Below, one piece after another: positions 20,802 through 30,363 of a stretch of DNA of 64,000 bases. Under the pieces are notes generated by a model, which was not told where the DNA came from, did no database searches, and worked only from the letters and a program-made list of their open reading frames with translations. The stretch is from an uncultured Nitrospiraceae bacterium (GTDB taxonomy: Bacteria; Nitrospirota; Thermodesulfovibrionia; Thermodesulfovibrionales; SM23-35), in the NCBI GenBank assembly GCA_963727775.1, contig CAVSHB010000001.1:512001-576000 (forward strand), written 5' to 3'. The stretch's first letter is position 1; every line of letters begins with the position of its first letter. Position numbers and translations under genes: made by a program.

Positions 20802-21524
20802 ATGAAATGTGCAATAATGCAGCCCACTTATATCCCTTGGCTTGGTTATTTTGATCTCATTGATCAGGTTGATATCTTCGTATTTTTAGATATTGTTCAG
20901 TTGGTAAGAAGAAGTTGGCAGGTAAGGAATAGGATCAAAACGAAACAAGGAGAGCTATACTTAACAATACCTGTAAAAAAAACAAAAAGCAGAAATGATA
21001 CAATTCTTTATGAATCATTCATAGACGATGACCAGCCGTGGAGGCAAAAACACTTAAAGAGTATTATAACAGCTTACAGTAAAGCACATTTTTTTAAGGA
21101 AGTATATCCTGTCATAGAAGATATTATACAGAATGATCAGATAGTCCTCTCAAAGTTTACTGTAAAGTTAATCAAAACCATTTGTCAAAAGATGGGGATA
21201 GACAAGGAATTTATTGAGACATCAAATCTGCAAAATATTCATGGTCGAAAGGACACTTTATTAGTCAATATCTGCAAAGCTGAAAATTGCGATGAATACA
21301 TTTCACCGAGAGGATCGGCAGTTTATATTGAAAGAGAGTCCCCTAGTGGCGAATTCACCGAGAATAAAATTCATCTGTATTATCACGACTATGAACATCC
21401 GCATTACAGCCAGCTTCACGGAGAATTTATTCCACACATGAGCATTATCGACTTGCTTTTTAATCATGGATTTAATGAAAGCTTGCAGATCATAAGAAAA
21501 GGAAGAAATAATAGAGTTATTTAA
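20802..21524 (+). CDS. WbqC-like protein
   Basis: AIMQPTYIPWLGYFD, WQVRNRIKT and MSIIDLLFNHG motifs. Confidence 0.9.
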   Translation: MKCAIMQPTYIPWLGYFDLIDQVDIFVFLDIVQLVRRSWQVRNRIKTKQGELYLTIPVKKTKSRNDTILYESFIDDDQPWRQKHLKSIITAYSKAHFFKEVYPVIEDIIQNDQIVLSKFTVKLIKTICQKMGIDKEFIETSNLQNIHGRKDTLLVNICKAENCDEYISPRGSAVYIERESPSGEFTENKIHLYYHDYEHPHYSQLHGEFIPHMSIIDLLFNHGFNESLQIIRKGRNNRVI

Positions 21525-21708
21525 GAATAAACCGTGGCTTAAATACATTAATGGTAAGGTGGCACAAAAAAAAGTGTTCAGAACCTTGACAGAAGAACTG
21601 GAGCAAACTGTAAGAATACTGGATCTTCAAAATCTTAAGAGGGCATGGAATTACATCAGAGAAATCTATTTCGCAGGAAAGTGTATTGAAGATATTATTC
21701 CGTGTTGA
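21505..21708 (+). pseudogene. 3' remnant of a second spsF-type gene
   Basis: EIIELFKNKPWLKYINGKVAQKKVFRTLTEE...LDLQNLKRA aligns with DIIRLFKEKPWLKLINKHVVQKKLFDSLEDE...CDLQDLKRA of 19037..19894. Confidence 0.8.
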
Positions 21709-22687
21709 GGCAAATAAGGCGATAGGACTCGGTCATCTCTCCAGGTGCCGCTCTCTTGCCCTTGAAATTTTCAATAAATTTGGCCATGAGAGTATTTTTG
21801 CAGTTCAGCAGAAAAATCTCGCAGAAAACTTTCTGGCAGGATTGAGAGCGCAGATCGTCCATCCTGATGAAATTTATGCAAACATGAAGTTTGATGTCGC
21901 CATCACCGATATCCCTTCTCTGAGCCTGCCGGATGAGGAGAAGATAACACGGCTTGCATTATTTAATGTCGGTATTAACGACGATGGTACCGGCCCGTTT
22001 TCCTATGACATTCTTGTCAGACCGAATTTGCTGAACACGCCTACCCCTATTGGATTAAAATCCCACTTTGAATGCTGGAAGGGCAGGGAATATATAATAC
22101 TGCACCCTGATTTTGCTGAACGGCATACATCCTTTACAGTAAGATCTGCGATAAGGAAGATAATCGTATGCTTTGGAGGTAGCGACCCTTCCCAGCTCAC
22201 CCTTCGTGCTATCCACGCGCTCGATCGGAATGCCGGCGATGCTGAAGTGGTTTTCATTCTTGGCCCTGCTTTCGATCACAGGGAGGCATTAGAAGAAATG
22301 ATCAGAGGGCACATAAAAATGAAACTGAAGGTAAACTGTCCAACCATGGCTGAGGAATTCGCAAGCGCTGACATCGCTGTTATCAGCGGCGGAACATTGC
22401 TCTATGAGGCATGTGCAATAGGAGTTCCTTCGATAGTGATCTGCCAGAACGAGGAGCAGTATCAGGAAGCGAAGATATTCCATAAAGCAGGAGCGATTAT
22501 AAATTTGGGAGGGCAAAGTAAGATTGACGATACCAATATTTTTCCAGCCATGGCGGCAATTCTCGATAAAAGAATCCGGCAAAAGATGTCTGAGATTGCT
22601 CGGGAAATGGTATATCCCGACGGTACCCGGCGAATTGTGAGTAAAATAATGGGATCTAAGCTGTTAAAGTCATACCCTGGTTTGTAA
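21686..22687 (+). CDS. pseG: PseG/SpsG family UDP-sugar hydrolase (GT-B fold)
   Basis: IGLGHLSRC, CFGGSDP, GGTLLYE and DGTRRIV motifs. Confidence 0.85.
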   Translation: MKILFRVEANKAIGLGHLSRCRSLALEIFNKFGHESIFAVQQKNLAENFLAGLRAQIVHPDEIYANMKFDVAITDIPSLSLPDEEKITRLALFNVGINDDGTGPFSYDILVRPNLLNTPTPIGLKSHFECWKGREYIILHPDFAERHTSFTVRSAIRKIIVCFGGSDPSQLTLRAIHALDRNAGDAEVVFILGPAFDHREALEEMIRGHIKMKLKVNCPTMAEEFASADIAVISGGTLLYEACAIGVPSIVICQNEEQYQEAKIFHKAGAIINLGGQSKIDDTNIFPAMAAILDKRIRQKMSEIAREMVYPDGTRRIVSKIMGSKLLKSYPGL

Positions 22688-22734
22688 AAAACCTATTTTG
22701 GTTTTGAATCCTTAGTCAGAATAGGAGAAGTAAA

Positions 22735-25089
22735 ATGAATTTATATGGCAAACGAGTACTCCACCTTGGCGGAGCACTTTTCCAAATACCCTCTTTGGCC
22801 TGTGCCAAGAAATTGGGCTGCCACGTTATCCTAGTCGATCAGAATCCCGAAGTCCCCGGCAGGACTTGCGCAGATTCATTTGAGCAGGTCTCGACAAGAG
22901 ATATAGAGAATGTGCTGAATGTTGCGAAGGAATACAAAATAGACGGTGTTATGACGTATGCTTCCGATTCTTCTGTTATAACTGTAGCACATGTTGCGCA
23001 GCAAATGGGGTTGCCTGGAAATCCGGTAAAAGCTGCTGAGTCACTTCGACGTAAGGATTTGTTTCGAGAGTTCCAAGAGGAGATTGAGTTGCCCCACCCT
23101 TTCTTCTTTGCTACAGACTCACTTGGGGAGGCCATTGAGCGTGTGGATACCCTTGAGTTTCCGCTGGTAGTGAAGCCTGTTGATGCCTCTGGGACCAAGG
23201 GACAAACAATTATTTATGGAAAAAGAGAGGTGGCACGTGCCTTTGAGGATTCAAGCAGGCAATCGCTTGTGAAAAGGGTAATATTTGAAAACTTTATCAG
23301 AACAGACATGATGGAACTGGACGGTGATGTTTGGTTCAAGAATCGAAAACTGGCGTTCCGACATTATGGACATAATCATTTCCTGGAGAATCGTATTTCT
23401 AACGTGCCGTCCGGGGAGATTTTCCCCGGCTTTTTTGGCGATGAATTAGCAATGCAAATAGACCGTCAGTTTCAAAAGATAATAGAAGGGTTAGCCCTGA
23501 ACTCGGGATGCATGAATTTCGATGCACTGGCTTCAGACGGCAAGGTATACATTGTCGACATTGGACTGAGAAACGGTGGAAACTTTGTGCCTGACCTGAT
23601 CAAGCTTTCGACTGGGTTCGATCTCACAGAAGCTGCAATTTACAGTGCACTAGGTATTGATTACCCAGATTCCGGGCTCTATTGCAAAGCCCCCGAACCA
23701 GTTGCATCGTATCTGATAGGAAGCAGGTTTAGGGGACGCTTTGAGGGACTTGATGTCAATCAGGAGATAAAGGAATATGTCGTTGAAACCAAATTATTCT
23801 CAGAGATTGGATCAGAGGTAAAACCTTTTACCAAGGCTGATTTCGCTGTAGGAATAATGTTCCTTCGTTTCCCTGATATGGACATGCTGAAGGAGAAAAT
23901 ATCTGTTATAGAAGACATGGTAAAACTCCGAATAGTGCCCATTCGTCTGCCGCAGAAACAATATACCGAAAACAGCCAAGAGAGGAGTCCGAAGCCTGGC
24001 ACAAGCATTCTCGGAAATTTTAAGGAGTTCCCCGAGTTGATTTCACCTTTCTTACGCAACAAGCTTGCTAAAGCTGAAGAAGAGAATAATCAAACTATTC
24101 TGCGTGTAATATCCAGACAGTATATTGAATCTCTAGAAGAGCAAAGTTATGATGCTGAAGACGAACTGAAGCATTATGAGGCAGGCGAAACGTTACACTG
24201 GCAGGGCGAAAGGTTGTATGGTGTAGAGAGGCTCTATCGACGAGTTATTGTATTCGAACCGCTATATCAGTGCGTTACTCATTGCAGGTACTGTCTGAGA
24301 CGCAACTATGAGCCCTTCCATCAGACGCAGAAAGATATAAAGCGTATTGCTAATTACATCGGCAAGGGCCGGGGTCATGAGGAATTGCGGGAAGTTCTCG
24401 TTACAGGGGGAGATCCCTTTTTAGTACCACACAAGGTAGAGCAGTTCCTGAATGACCTTGCAGAGGAATCTCCACAGATAAGGGTTGTCAGGATTGCATC
24501 TCGGCTGCCGATCCAACAACCTGATAGGATCAACGAAAGGATCTTGTCGATTATAGGGGGGGAATATCCTTTTAGAGTTGAAGTGGCGACTCAGATTAAC
24601 CATGCTGCAGAATTATTCCCAGAAGTTGAAGACGCATACAGGAAAATACTTGATGTTGTAAGGATTGTTTATAATCAGACTGTCTTACTGAGGGGAGTGA
24701 ACGATACGATAGATGAATTGGTAGAACTGTTTGACAGGACTCGTCTGCTGGGGATCGAAAGCCATTATATTTTTCATTGCGTACCTATAGGCGGGCTCGA
24801 TTTACTACGGACGACATTAGACCAGTTTGTTACACTTGCGCATCACCTTACGTCGTGTGGAAGGATTTCAGGAAGATCGAAGCCTCAGTTTGCCGTTATG
24901 ACATCGATAGGAAAGATTACACTGTATGAGGGATCAATAATAGAACACAAGGATAATAAGTATCTGCTAAAGTCATACTATACCTTGAAGGACCGTATGG
25001 AATGGAATCCGACTTGGCAATTGCCGAAGAATGGTATCGTGGGTAACGATGGAAAACTCTATGTATGGTATGAAGATGTCGTTTCCTGA
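22735..25089 (+). CDS. ATP-grasp ligase fused to a KamA/lysine 2,3-aminomutase-like radical SAM domain
   Basis: N-terminal ATP-grasp motifs (KDLFREF, VVKPVDASGTKG, DIGLRNGG); C-terminal CVTHCRYCLRR, VLVTGGDPF, QINHAAEL and NQTVLLRGVND. Confidence 0.88.
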   Translation: MNLYGKRVLHLGGALFQIPSLACAKKLGCHVILVDQNPEVPGRTCADSFEQVSTRDIENVLNVAKEYKIDGVMTYASDSSVITVAHVAQQMGLPGNPVKAAESLRRKDLFREFQEEIELPHPFFFATDSLGEAIERVDTLEFPLVVKPVDASGTKGQTIIYGKREVARAFEDSSRQSLVKRVIFENFIRTDMMELDGDVWFKNRKLAFRHYGHNHFLENRISNVPSGEIFPGFFGDELAMQIDRQFQKIIEGLALNSGCMNFDALASDGKVYIVDIGLRNGGNFVPDLIKLSTGFDLTEAAIYSALGIDYPDSGLYCKAPEPVASYLIGSRFRGRFEGLDVNQEIKEYVVETKLFSEIGSEVKPFTKADFAVGIMFLRFPDMDMLKEKISVIEDMVKLRIVPIRLPQKQYTENSQERSPKPGTSILGNFKEFPELISPFLRNKLAKAEEENNQTILRVISRQYIESLEEQSYDAEDELKHYEAGETLHWQGERLYGVERLYRRVIVFEPLYQCVTHCRYCLRRNYEPFHQTQKDIKRIANYIGKGRGHEELREVLVTGGDPFLVPHKVEQFLNDLAEESPQIRVVRIASRLPIQQPDRINERILSIIGGEYPFRVEVATQINHAAELFPEVEDAYRKILDVVRIVYNQTVLLRGVNDTIDELVELFDRTRLLGIESHYIFHCVPIGGLDLLRTTLDQFVTLAHHLTSCGRISGRSKPQFAVMTSIGKITLYEGSIIEHKDNKYLLKSYYTLKDRMEWNPTWQLPKNGIVGNDGKLYVWYEDVVS

Positions 25090-25182
25090 GATGGTCTGCG
25101 TATTCTGCTGGATCAGCAGGCGGTTACTTTTTTTGATCATTAAGAACTCATAGGAAAAGGGACTTTGTCGGGAGATGAGATT

Positions 25183-26238
25183 ATGGAAATCATGATAGAA
25201 AACAGGAAAATATGTAGAGAATCTCCAGCCTTCATAATTGCTGAGATGTCCGGCAATCATCTGCAGGATTTTAAGCTTGCAGTAAGTACCATCAAAGCCA
25301 TGAAGGAAGCAGGCGCAGATGCCGTCAAGCTTCAGACCTATACGCCTGATACCATTACCATTGATTCTGACAACGAATACTTTCAGATAAAACAGGGGAC
25401 TATATGGGACGGTAAAACCCTGTATCAATTATATCAGGAAGCATATACTCCATGGGAATGGCAGCCGAAGCTGAAAGAGATCGCAGAAGATTTGGGGCTT
25501 ATATGTTTTTCATCCCCGTTTGACAAAACCGCTGTGGATTTTCTTGAAGCAATGAATGTCCCGGCATATAAAGTTGCTTCTTTTGAAATAACAGATATTC
25601 CACTTATAGAATATATCGCTTCAAAAGGCAAGCCCGTTATAATTTCAACAGGTATAGCAACATTGTGTGATATAGAAGAAGCTTTGAATGCATGTAAAAA
25701 AGTGGGAAATGAACAGATTGCATTATTTAAATGTACATCAGCCTATCCAACCCCATTAGAACAAGTAAATTTGAAAACAATCCCTAATTTAGCTGAAACT
25801 TTCAAAACAATAGTAGGACTCTCGGACCATACATTAGGCATTTCCGTTCCGGTAGCAGCAGTGGCGCTTGGAGCAAAAATCATAGAGAAGCACTTTATCC
25901 TCGACAGAAAGCTCGGCGGCCCGGACGCGGCCTTTTCACTTGAGCCTGAAGAGTTTAAAGCAATGGTGACTGCAGTGAGAGAAGTTGAAAAAGCTTTGGG
26001 CGAAGTCAGCTATGAATTGACAGACAATACAAAGAAAAGCAGGGAGTTTGCGCGCTCGTTGTTTGTCGTGAAAGATATGAAAGCAGGAGATGTATTTAAC
26101 GAGGAGAATATTCGCTCCATCAGGCCTGGATATGGAATGCCCCCGAAATATTTTTATGCTCTCCTCGGACAGAAGGCATCACGGGATATTCCTCGTGGGA
26201 CTCCCTTAGATTGGGGAGATATTGCTCAAAAGAAATAA
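25183..26238 (+). CDS. pseI: Pseudaminic acid synthase (NeuB family, SAF domain)
   Basis: IIAEMSGNH, KLQTYTPDTIT, GLSDHTLG, IEKHF and SIRPGYG motifs. Confidence 0.93.
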   Translation: MEIMIENRKICRESPAFIIAEMSGNHLQDFKLAVSTIKAMKEAGADAVKLQTYTPDTITIDSDNEYFQIKQGTIWDGKTLYQLYQEAYTPWEWQPKLKEIAEDLGLICFSSPFDKTAVDFLEAMNVPAYKVASFEITDIPLIEYIASKGKPVIISTGIATLCDIEEALNACKKVGNEQIALFKCTSAYPTPLEQVNLKTIPNLAETFKTIVGLSDHTLGISVPVAAVALGAKIIEKHFILDRKLGGPDAAFSLEPEEFKAMVTAVREVEKALGEVSYELTDNTKKSREFARSLFVVKDMKAGDVFNEENIRSIRPGYGMPPKYFYALLGQKASRDIPRGTPLDWGDIAQKK

Positions 26239-26250
26239 ACCTGTAAATTT

Positions 26251-27084
26251 ATGATCGACACGAATCAAACTGAATTAATTATCGAAGCTGGACGCACAGA
26301 GGGGCAATATTGGAAGGACATCTGGTATTATCGGGAGCTGTTTTACTTTATGGCATGGCGGGATGTCATGGTCCGTTATAAACAGACAGTTATCGGTATT
26401 GCCTGGAGCCTGATACGCCCCATACTGACAATGATTGTTTTTACGGTAGTATTCGGCAAATTGGCCAAGCTTCCGTCTGACGGAGTGCCGTATCCGATAC
26501 TTGTATATACCGCGATGCTACCATGGCAATTTTTTTCGAATTCATTAAGCGAAAGCAGCAATTCACTCATTGCTAATTCAAACCTTCTCTCCAAGATATA
26601 TTTCCCCCGTCTGATCTTGCCTGCAAGCGCAGTCATAGTCGGCATAGTAGATTTTCTGATTTCCTTAGTGATTCTTATCGGGTTAATGATTTGGTTCCAA
26701 TTTATACCTCAGTGGCGCATCATTGTGCTGCCGTTGTTTCTTTTATTGGCTTTAGTCTCGTCATTAGGATTCGGTCTTTGGCTTGCAGCGCTGAATGTAA
26801 AGTACCGGGATTTCCGCTACATTGTACCCTTTATAGTGCAGTTCGGACTGTACATTTCTCCTGTCGGTTTCAGCAGCAATATTGTGCCGGAGAAATGGAG
26901 ATTATTATATTCAATCAATCCTATGGTCGGCGTAATCGACGGATTCAGATGGGCGGTTTTGGGAAGCAATATGAAGTTATATTGGCCCGGCTTTATTCTA
27001 TCCATTGTGCTGACTGCCGGCGTATTCTTAACCGGACTCTGGTATTTCCGCAAAACAGAACGGGTGTTTGCGGATGTGATCTAA
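26251..27084 (+). CDS. wzm: Polysaccharide ABC transporter permease
   Basis: VRYKQTVIGIAW, KIYFPR, YRDFRY and NPMVGVIDGFRW motifs. Confidence 0.93.
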   Translation: MIDTNQTELIIEAGRTEGQYWKDIWYYRELFYFMAWRDVMVRYKQTVIGIAWSLIRPILTMIVFTVVFGKLAKLPSDGVPYPILVYTAMLPWQFFSNSLSESSNSLIANSNLLSKIYFPRLILPASAVIVGIVDFLISLVILIGLMIWFQFIPQWRIIVLPLFLLLALVSSLGFGLWLAALNVKYRDFRYIVPFIVQFGLYISPVGFSSNIVPEKWRLLYSINPMVGVIDGFRWAVLGSNMKLYWPGFILSIVLTAGVFLTGLWYFRKTERVFADVI

Positions 27085-27266
27085 GCAGCCTTAAAATGTG
27101 TTTTAAGTATTAAGAGTAAAACACATAAACCCTGAAACCGAAACTTACCAAGAAGTTCATAGTATGACGACATTTGAATTAAATAACGCCCCCAACCTCC
27201 TCTTAATCTAAGGGGGAGTTACGAGGCATTTTCTGATATAATGAAACAACGAGCGAGTGGGTTTAG

Positions 27267-27719
27267 ATGAGGGAAAACGATAGCAGAAATACAGACAGGA
27301 GAAAATGCCCCCGGCAGAGAAGCATCGATGATATGGCGGCGAAACTCAAAGAATGTTTATCGATGTATGATGATATCGCCTTTGCTTTTCTCTTCGGTTC
27401 TTCTGCACGAGGGGAAATGACTGCGTTTAGTGACGTGGATATAGCTATATTTTTTATCGGAAGCATAAATTTCCACAGGATATACGACCTGCGGGAAGAC
27501 TTGTCGGAGGTGGCTGGTGTGGAGGCGGACGTTGTAGTTTTGAATGATGCCTCACCCGTCATCAGGATGCAGGTGTTGAAAAAAGGGAAGTTATTGTCCA
27601 ATAGGGACCGTCGCGCATATCATGAATTTTTTATGAACACTGTGAAAGAATATGACGACCTGAAGAGGAATAGAAAAGAAATTGAGGACAAAATATTGAG
27701 AGGAAGGATCTATGCCTGA
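27267..27719 (+). CDS. MntA-type minimal nucleotidyltransferase (antitoxin); start uncertain
   Basis: FLFGSSARG...SDVDIAI and DVVVLNDA motifs. Confidence 0.85.
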   Translation: MRENDSRNTDRRKCPRQRSIDDMAAKLKECLSMYDDIAFAFLFGSSARGEMTAFSDVDIAIFFIGSINFHRIYDLREDLSEVAGVEADVVVLNDASPVIRMQVLKKGKLLSNRDRRAYHEFFMNTVKEYDDLKRNRKEIEDKILRGRIYA

Positions 27720-27789
27720 TCGAGATGTCGTACTTGCTAAGGAATTTTACACGACTGTATTGCTTCACTTCAAGCTTGCAAATCAATAG
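27712..27789 (+). pseudogene. Collapsed HepT/DUF86-like toxin remnant
   Basis: Mini-ORF MPDRDVVLAKEFYTTVLLHFKLANQ* overlaps the MNT stop where the HEPN partner usually starts. Confidence 0.55.
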
Positions 27790-27844
27790 CCTCTCAATGA
27801 GTTTTTATTGTTCAATCAAAATCCTTTTAACAATTCAATGAATT

Positions 27845-29107
27845 ATGTCTGATACCGTTATTCGCGTAGAAAACCTCGGCAAAAAATATCTGATCCGTCA
27901 TGAGCAGCGCGAGCGCTATACCGCCCTCCGTGATGTTATGACAAACAACGTTAAGCGTTTCGGCAGAAAGCTTCTTTCGCCTTTTACTTTTCACCATTCA
28001 CCTTTCACTGAATCAAAAGAAGAATTCTGGGCTTTGAAGGATGTCTCTTTTGAAGTGAACCACGGGGACAAATTAGGTATTATTGGTCGCAACGGAGCCG
28101 GTAAGACTACATTGTTAAAACTCCTGAGCCGGATTACAGAGCCTACAACAGGACGAATTACCATTAAAGGACGTGTCGCAAGTCTCTTGGAAGTTGGGAC
28201 AGGTTTCCATCCCGAATTGACAGGCAGGGAGAATATTTTTTTGAACGGCGCTATTTTGGGAATGAGTAAGGCGGAGATTAAAAGAAAATTTGACGAAATC
28301 GTCGCTTTCTCTGAAGTTGAGAGATTTCTCGATACGCCGGTTAAACGATATTCTTCAGGGATGTACGTCCGGTTGGCTTTTGCTGTTGCCGCTCATTTAG
28401 AACCGGAAATATTAATTGTGGATGAAGTGCTTGCAGTAGGAGATGCTCAGTTTCAGAAAAAGTGTTTGGGAAAAATGGGGGATGTAGCAAAAGAGGGAAG
28501 GACGGTATTGTTTGTAAGCCATAATATGGCAGCTGTAAAACAACTTTGTACAAAAGCAGTTTTATTGACATCAGGTATCCTTTCCTATAGTGATTATTCT
28601 AATGAAACTATATCTCACTATATGCAGAATATTCTTAAAACAGATTTGACTAACTATGACAGTTATAAACATATCAACGGAGATAGAAGAGCGGAGATTG
28701 TTAGATTAAAGGTCAATGATTGCTTAAATACTGAAGCAGCCTTCTCTATATACGATAAAGTTAAAATATCAATTGAGTATAAAATAAATAGCAGTATAAA
28801 TGAATTGGAATTTTTTATTTTAATATATTCTATTGATGGGGATGTTCAACTTAGCTTTTTGCAAAAAGATTCAATCTCTCCTATAAACCCGAAAGGGCAA
28901 GAAGGTGAGATTGACCTATATTTTACTAATTATTTAGCCCCGGGTAAATATTTGGTTTCAGCTGGAATATTTGATAAAACAAGAGTATTTGTCGATTGGG
29001 TTGAGTATGTAAATTCTTTTGTTGTAGATCAAACTTTCAGCGATGGCAGACCATTTGACAATCGACTTGGAAAAGTCTTGTTCGTGGGTAAGTGGATAAG
29101 TCGATAA
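27845..29107 (+). CDS. wzt: Polysaccharide ABC transporter ATPase with C-terminal domain
   Basis: GRNGAGKTT, GFHPELTGREN, YSSGM and IVDEVLAVGD motifs. Confidence 0.94.
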   Translation: MSDTVIRVENLGKKYLIRHEQRERYTALRDVMTNNVKRFGRKLLSPFTFHHSPFTESKEEFWALKDVSFEVNHGDKLGIIGRNGAGKTTLLKLLSRITEPTTGRITIKGRVASLLEVGTGFHPELTGRENIFLNGAILGMSKAEIKRKFDEIVAFSEVERFLDTPVKRYSSGMYVRLAFAVAAHLEPEILIVDEVLAVGDAQFQKKCLGKMGDVAKEGRTVLFVSHNMAAVKQLCTKAVLLTSGILSYSDYSNETISHYMQNILKTDLTNYDSYKHINGDRRAEIVRLKVNDCLNTEAAFSIYDKVKISIEYKINSSINELEFFILIYSIDGDVQLSFLQKDSISPINPKGQEGEIDLYFTNYLAPGKYLVSAGIFDKTRVFVDWVEYVNSFVVDQTFSDGRPFDNRLGKVLFVGKWISR

Positions 29108-29110
29108 AAA

Positions 29111-29665
29111 ATGATAGAGAAAATTTTTTTAAAAATTAAAATGACGTTTAAAAGAATATTTTTAAGGTTGTTTTCGAGCATAGCTCACGATGTTTTAATC
29201 TCATTCAATCAATCACAGAAACAATATCTCATAAAACAATTGAAATTTAGTGGCAATAACATTTTTATTCAGATGCCTATATGTATTGACAGACCAGAGT
29301 GCGTAGAAATCGGTAACGATGTGTCGATTGCTGCTTTTGTCCACATGTGGGGCAAAGGGGGAATTAAAATAGGAAATCGGGTCATGATTGCTTCTCATAC
29401 TGCAATAACTTCGTTAACACATGATTATAATCAACAAAATATGTTTAATACCTTAGTAGAAGGCTCAGTGGAAATTCAGGATGATGTATGGATTGGAACG
29501 CATTCGATTATACTGCCTGGTGTAGTAATAGGCCGAGGCGCAGTAATTGGTGCTGGCTCAATCGTAACAAAGGACATTGAGCCATATTCAGTTGTTGTGG
29601 GTGCTCCGGCAAGGCTACATAAATATAGATCTATTAAGGATAAAGGGATACAAAAAATTGATTAA
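29111..29665 (+). CDS. Hexapeptide-repeat (LbH) acyltransferase
   Basis: IQDDVWIG, VVIGRGAVIGAGSIV and VVGAPAR repeats. Confidence 0.88.
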   Translation: MIEKIFLKIKMTFKRIFLRLFSSIAHDVLISFNQSQKQYLIKQLKFSGNNIFIQMPICIDRPECVEIGNDVSIAAFVHMWGKGGIKIGNRVMIASHTAITSLTHDYNQQNMFNTLVEGSVEIQDDVWIGTHSIILPGVVIGRGAVIGAGSIVTKDIEPYSVVVGAPARLHKYRSIKDKGIQKID

Positions 29666-29721
29666 AGGTTTAATAAAACTTCTACCTTTATCCATTCGTA
29701 TTCGATATCGCTCTGCAGTTA

Positions 29722-30330
29722 TTGAAACAAAAAAATTTGTTATATTCTAAACTTACCCACTGGCTTTTCCGTCCTTCAGTACCAAAATTAAAGAATGGAT
29801 CTGTCTATCTACATTTAGGATGTGGTGCTGTGAATCATCCAAATTTTATAAACATCGATGCAATGCCAGCACCACATATACACTATGTCCGATCTGTAGA
29901 TAATTTATCGATATTCAACAATAACAGCATAGATTTAATCTATGCTTCACATTGTCTTGAACATTTCAGCCATCAGGAAATATTTACAGTATTAATCGAA
30001 TGGCATCGAGTTTTAAAAAAAGGCGGCATTTTACGTTTATCGGTTCCAGACTTTGATCTGCTATTAAAAATGTACAAAAACAATAATAATGTTATTGATA
30101 CAATTATTAGTCCATTAATGGGTGGACAGGACTATAAGTACAATTTTCATAAAACAGTTTTTACTAAGTCAAGTTTAAGTTTACTTTTAAAAAAAGTGGG
30201 ATTTTTAGAAGTAAGAGAATGGACACCTGGTTCATCAGAACTAACTACCTTTGATGATTGGTCTACACGTAAGATCTCAATAAATGGAAAAGAGTATGCA
30301 ATAAGTTTGAATATTGAAGCAATAAAATGA
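29722..30330 (+). CDS. SAM methyltransferase-domain protein; true start may be TTG 29658 with a frameshift in an A-run
   Basis: LHLGCG, IYASHCLEHF, EWHRVLKKGG and SLNIEAIK motifs. Confidence 0.82.
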   Translation: MKQKNLLYSKLTHWLFRPSVPKLKNGSVYLHLGCGAVNHPNFINIDAMPAPHIHYVRSVDNLSIFNNNSIDLIYASHCLEHFSHQEIFTVLIEWHRVLKKGGILRLSVPDFDLLLKMYKNNNNVIDTIISPLMGGQDYKYNFHKTVFTKSSLSLLLKKVGFLEVREWTPGSSELTTFDDWSTRKISINGKEYAISLNIEAIK

Positions 30331-30363
30331 ATAAGGCGAAAATTTTTTTCTTTTTTCCGTAAG

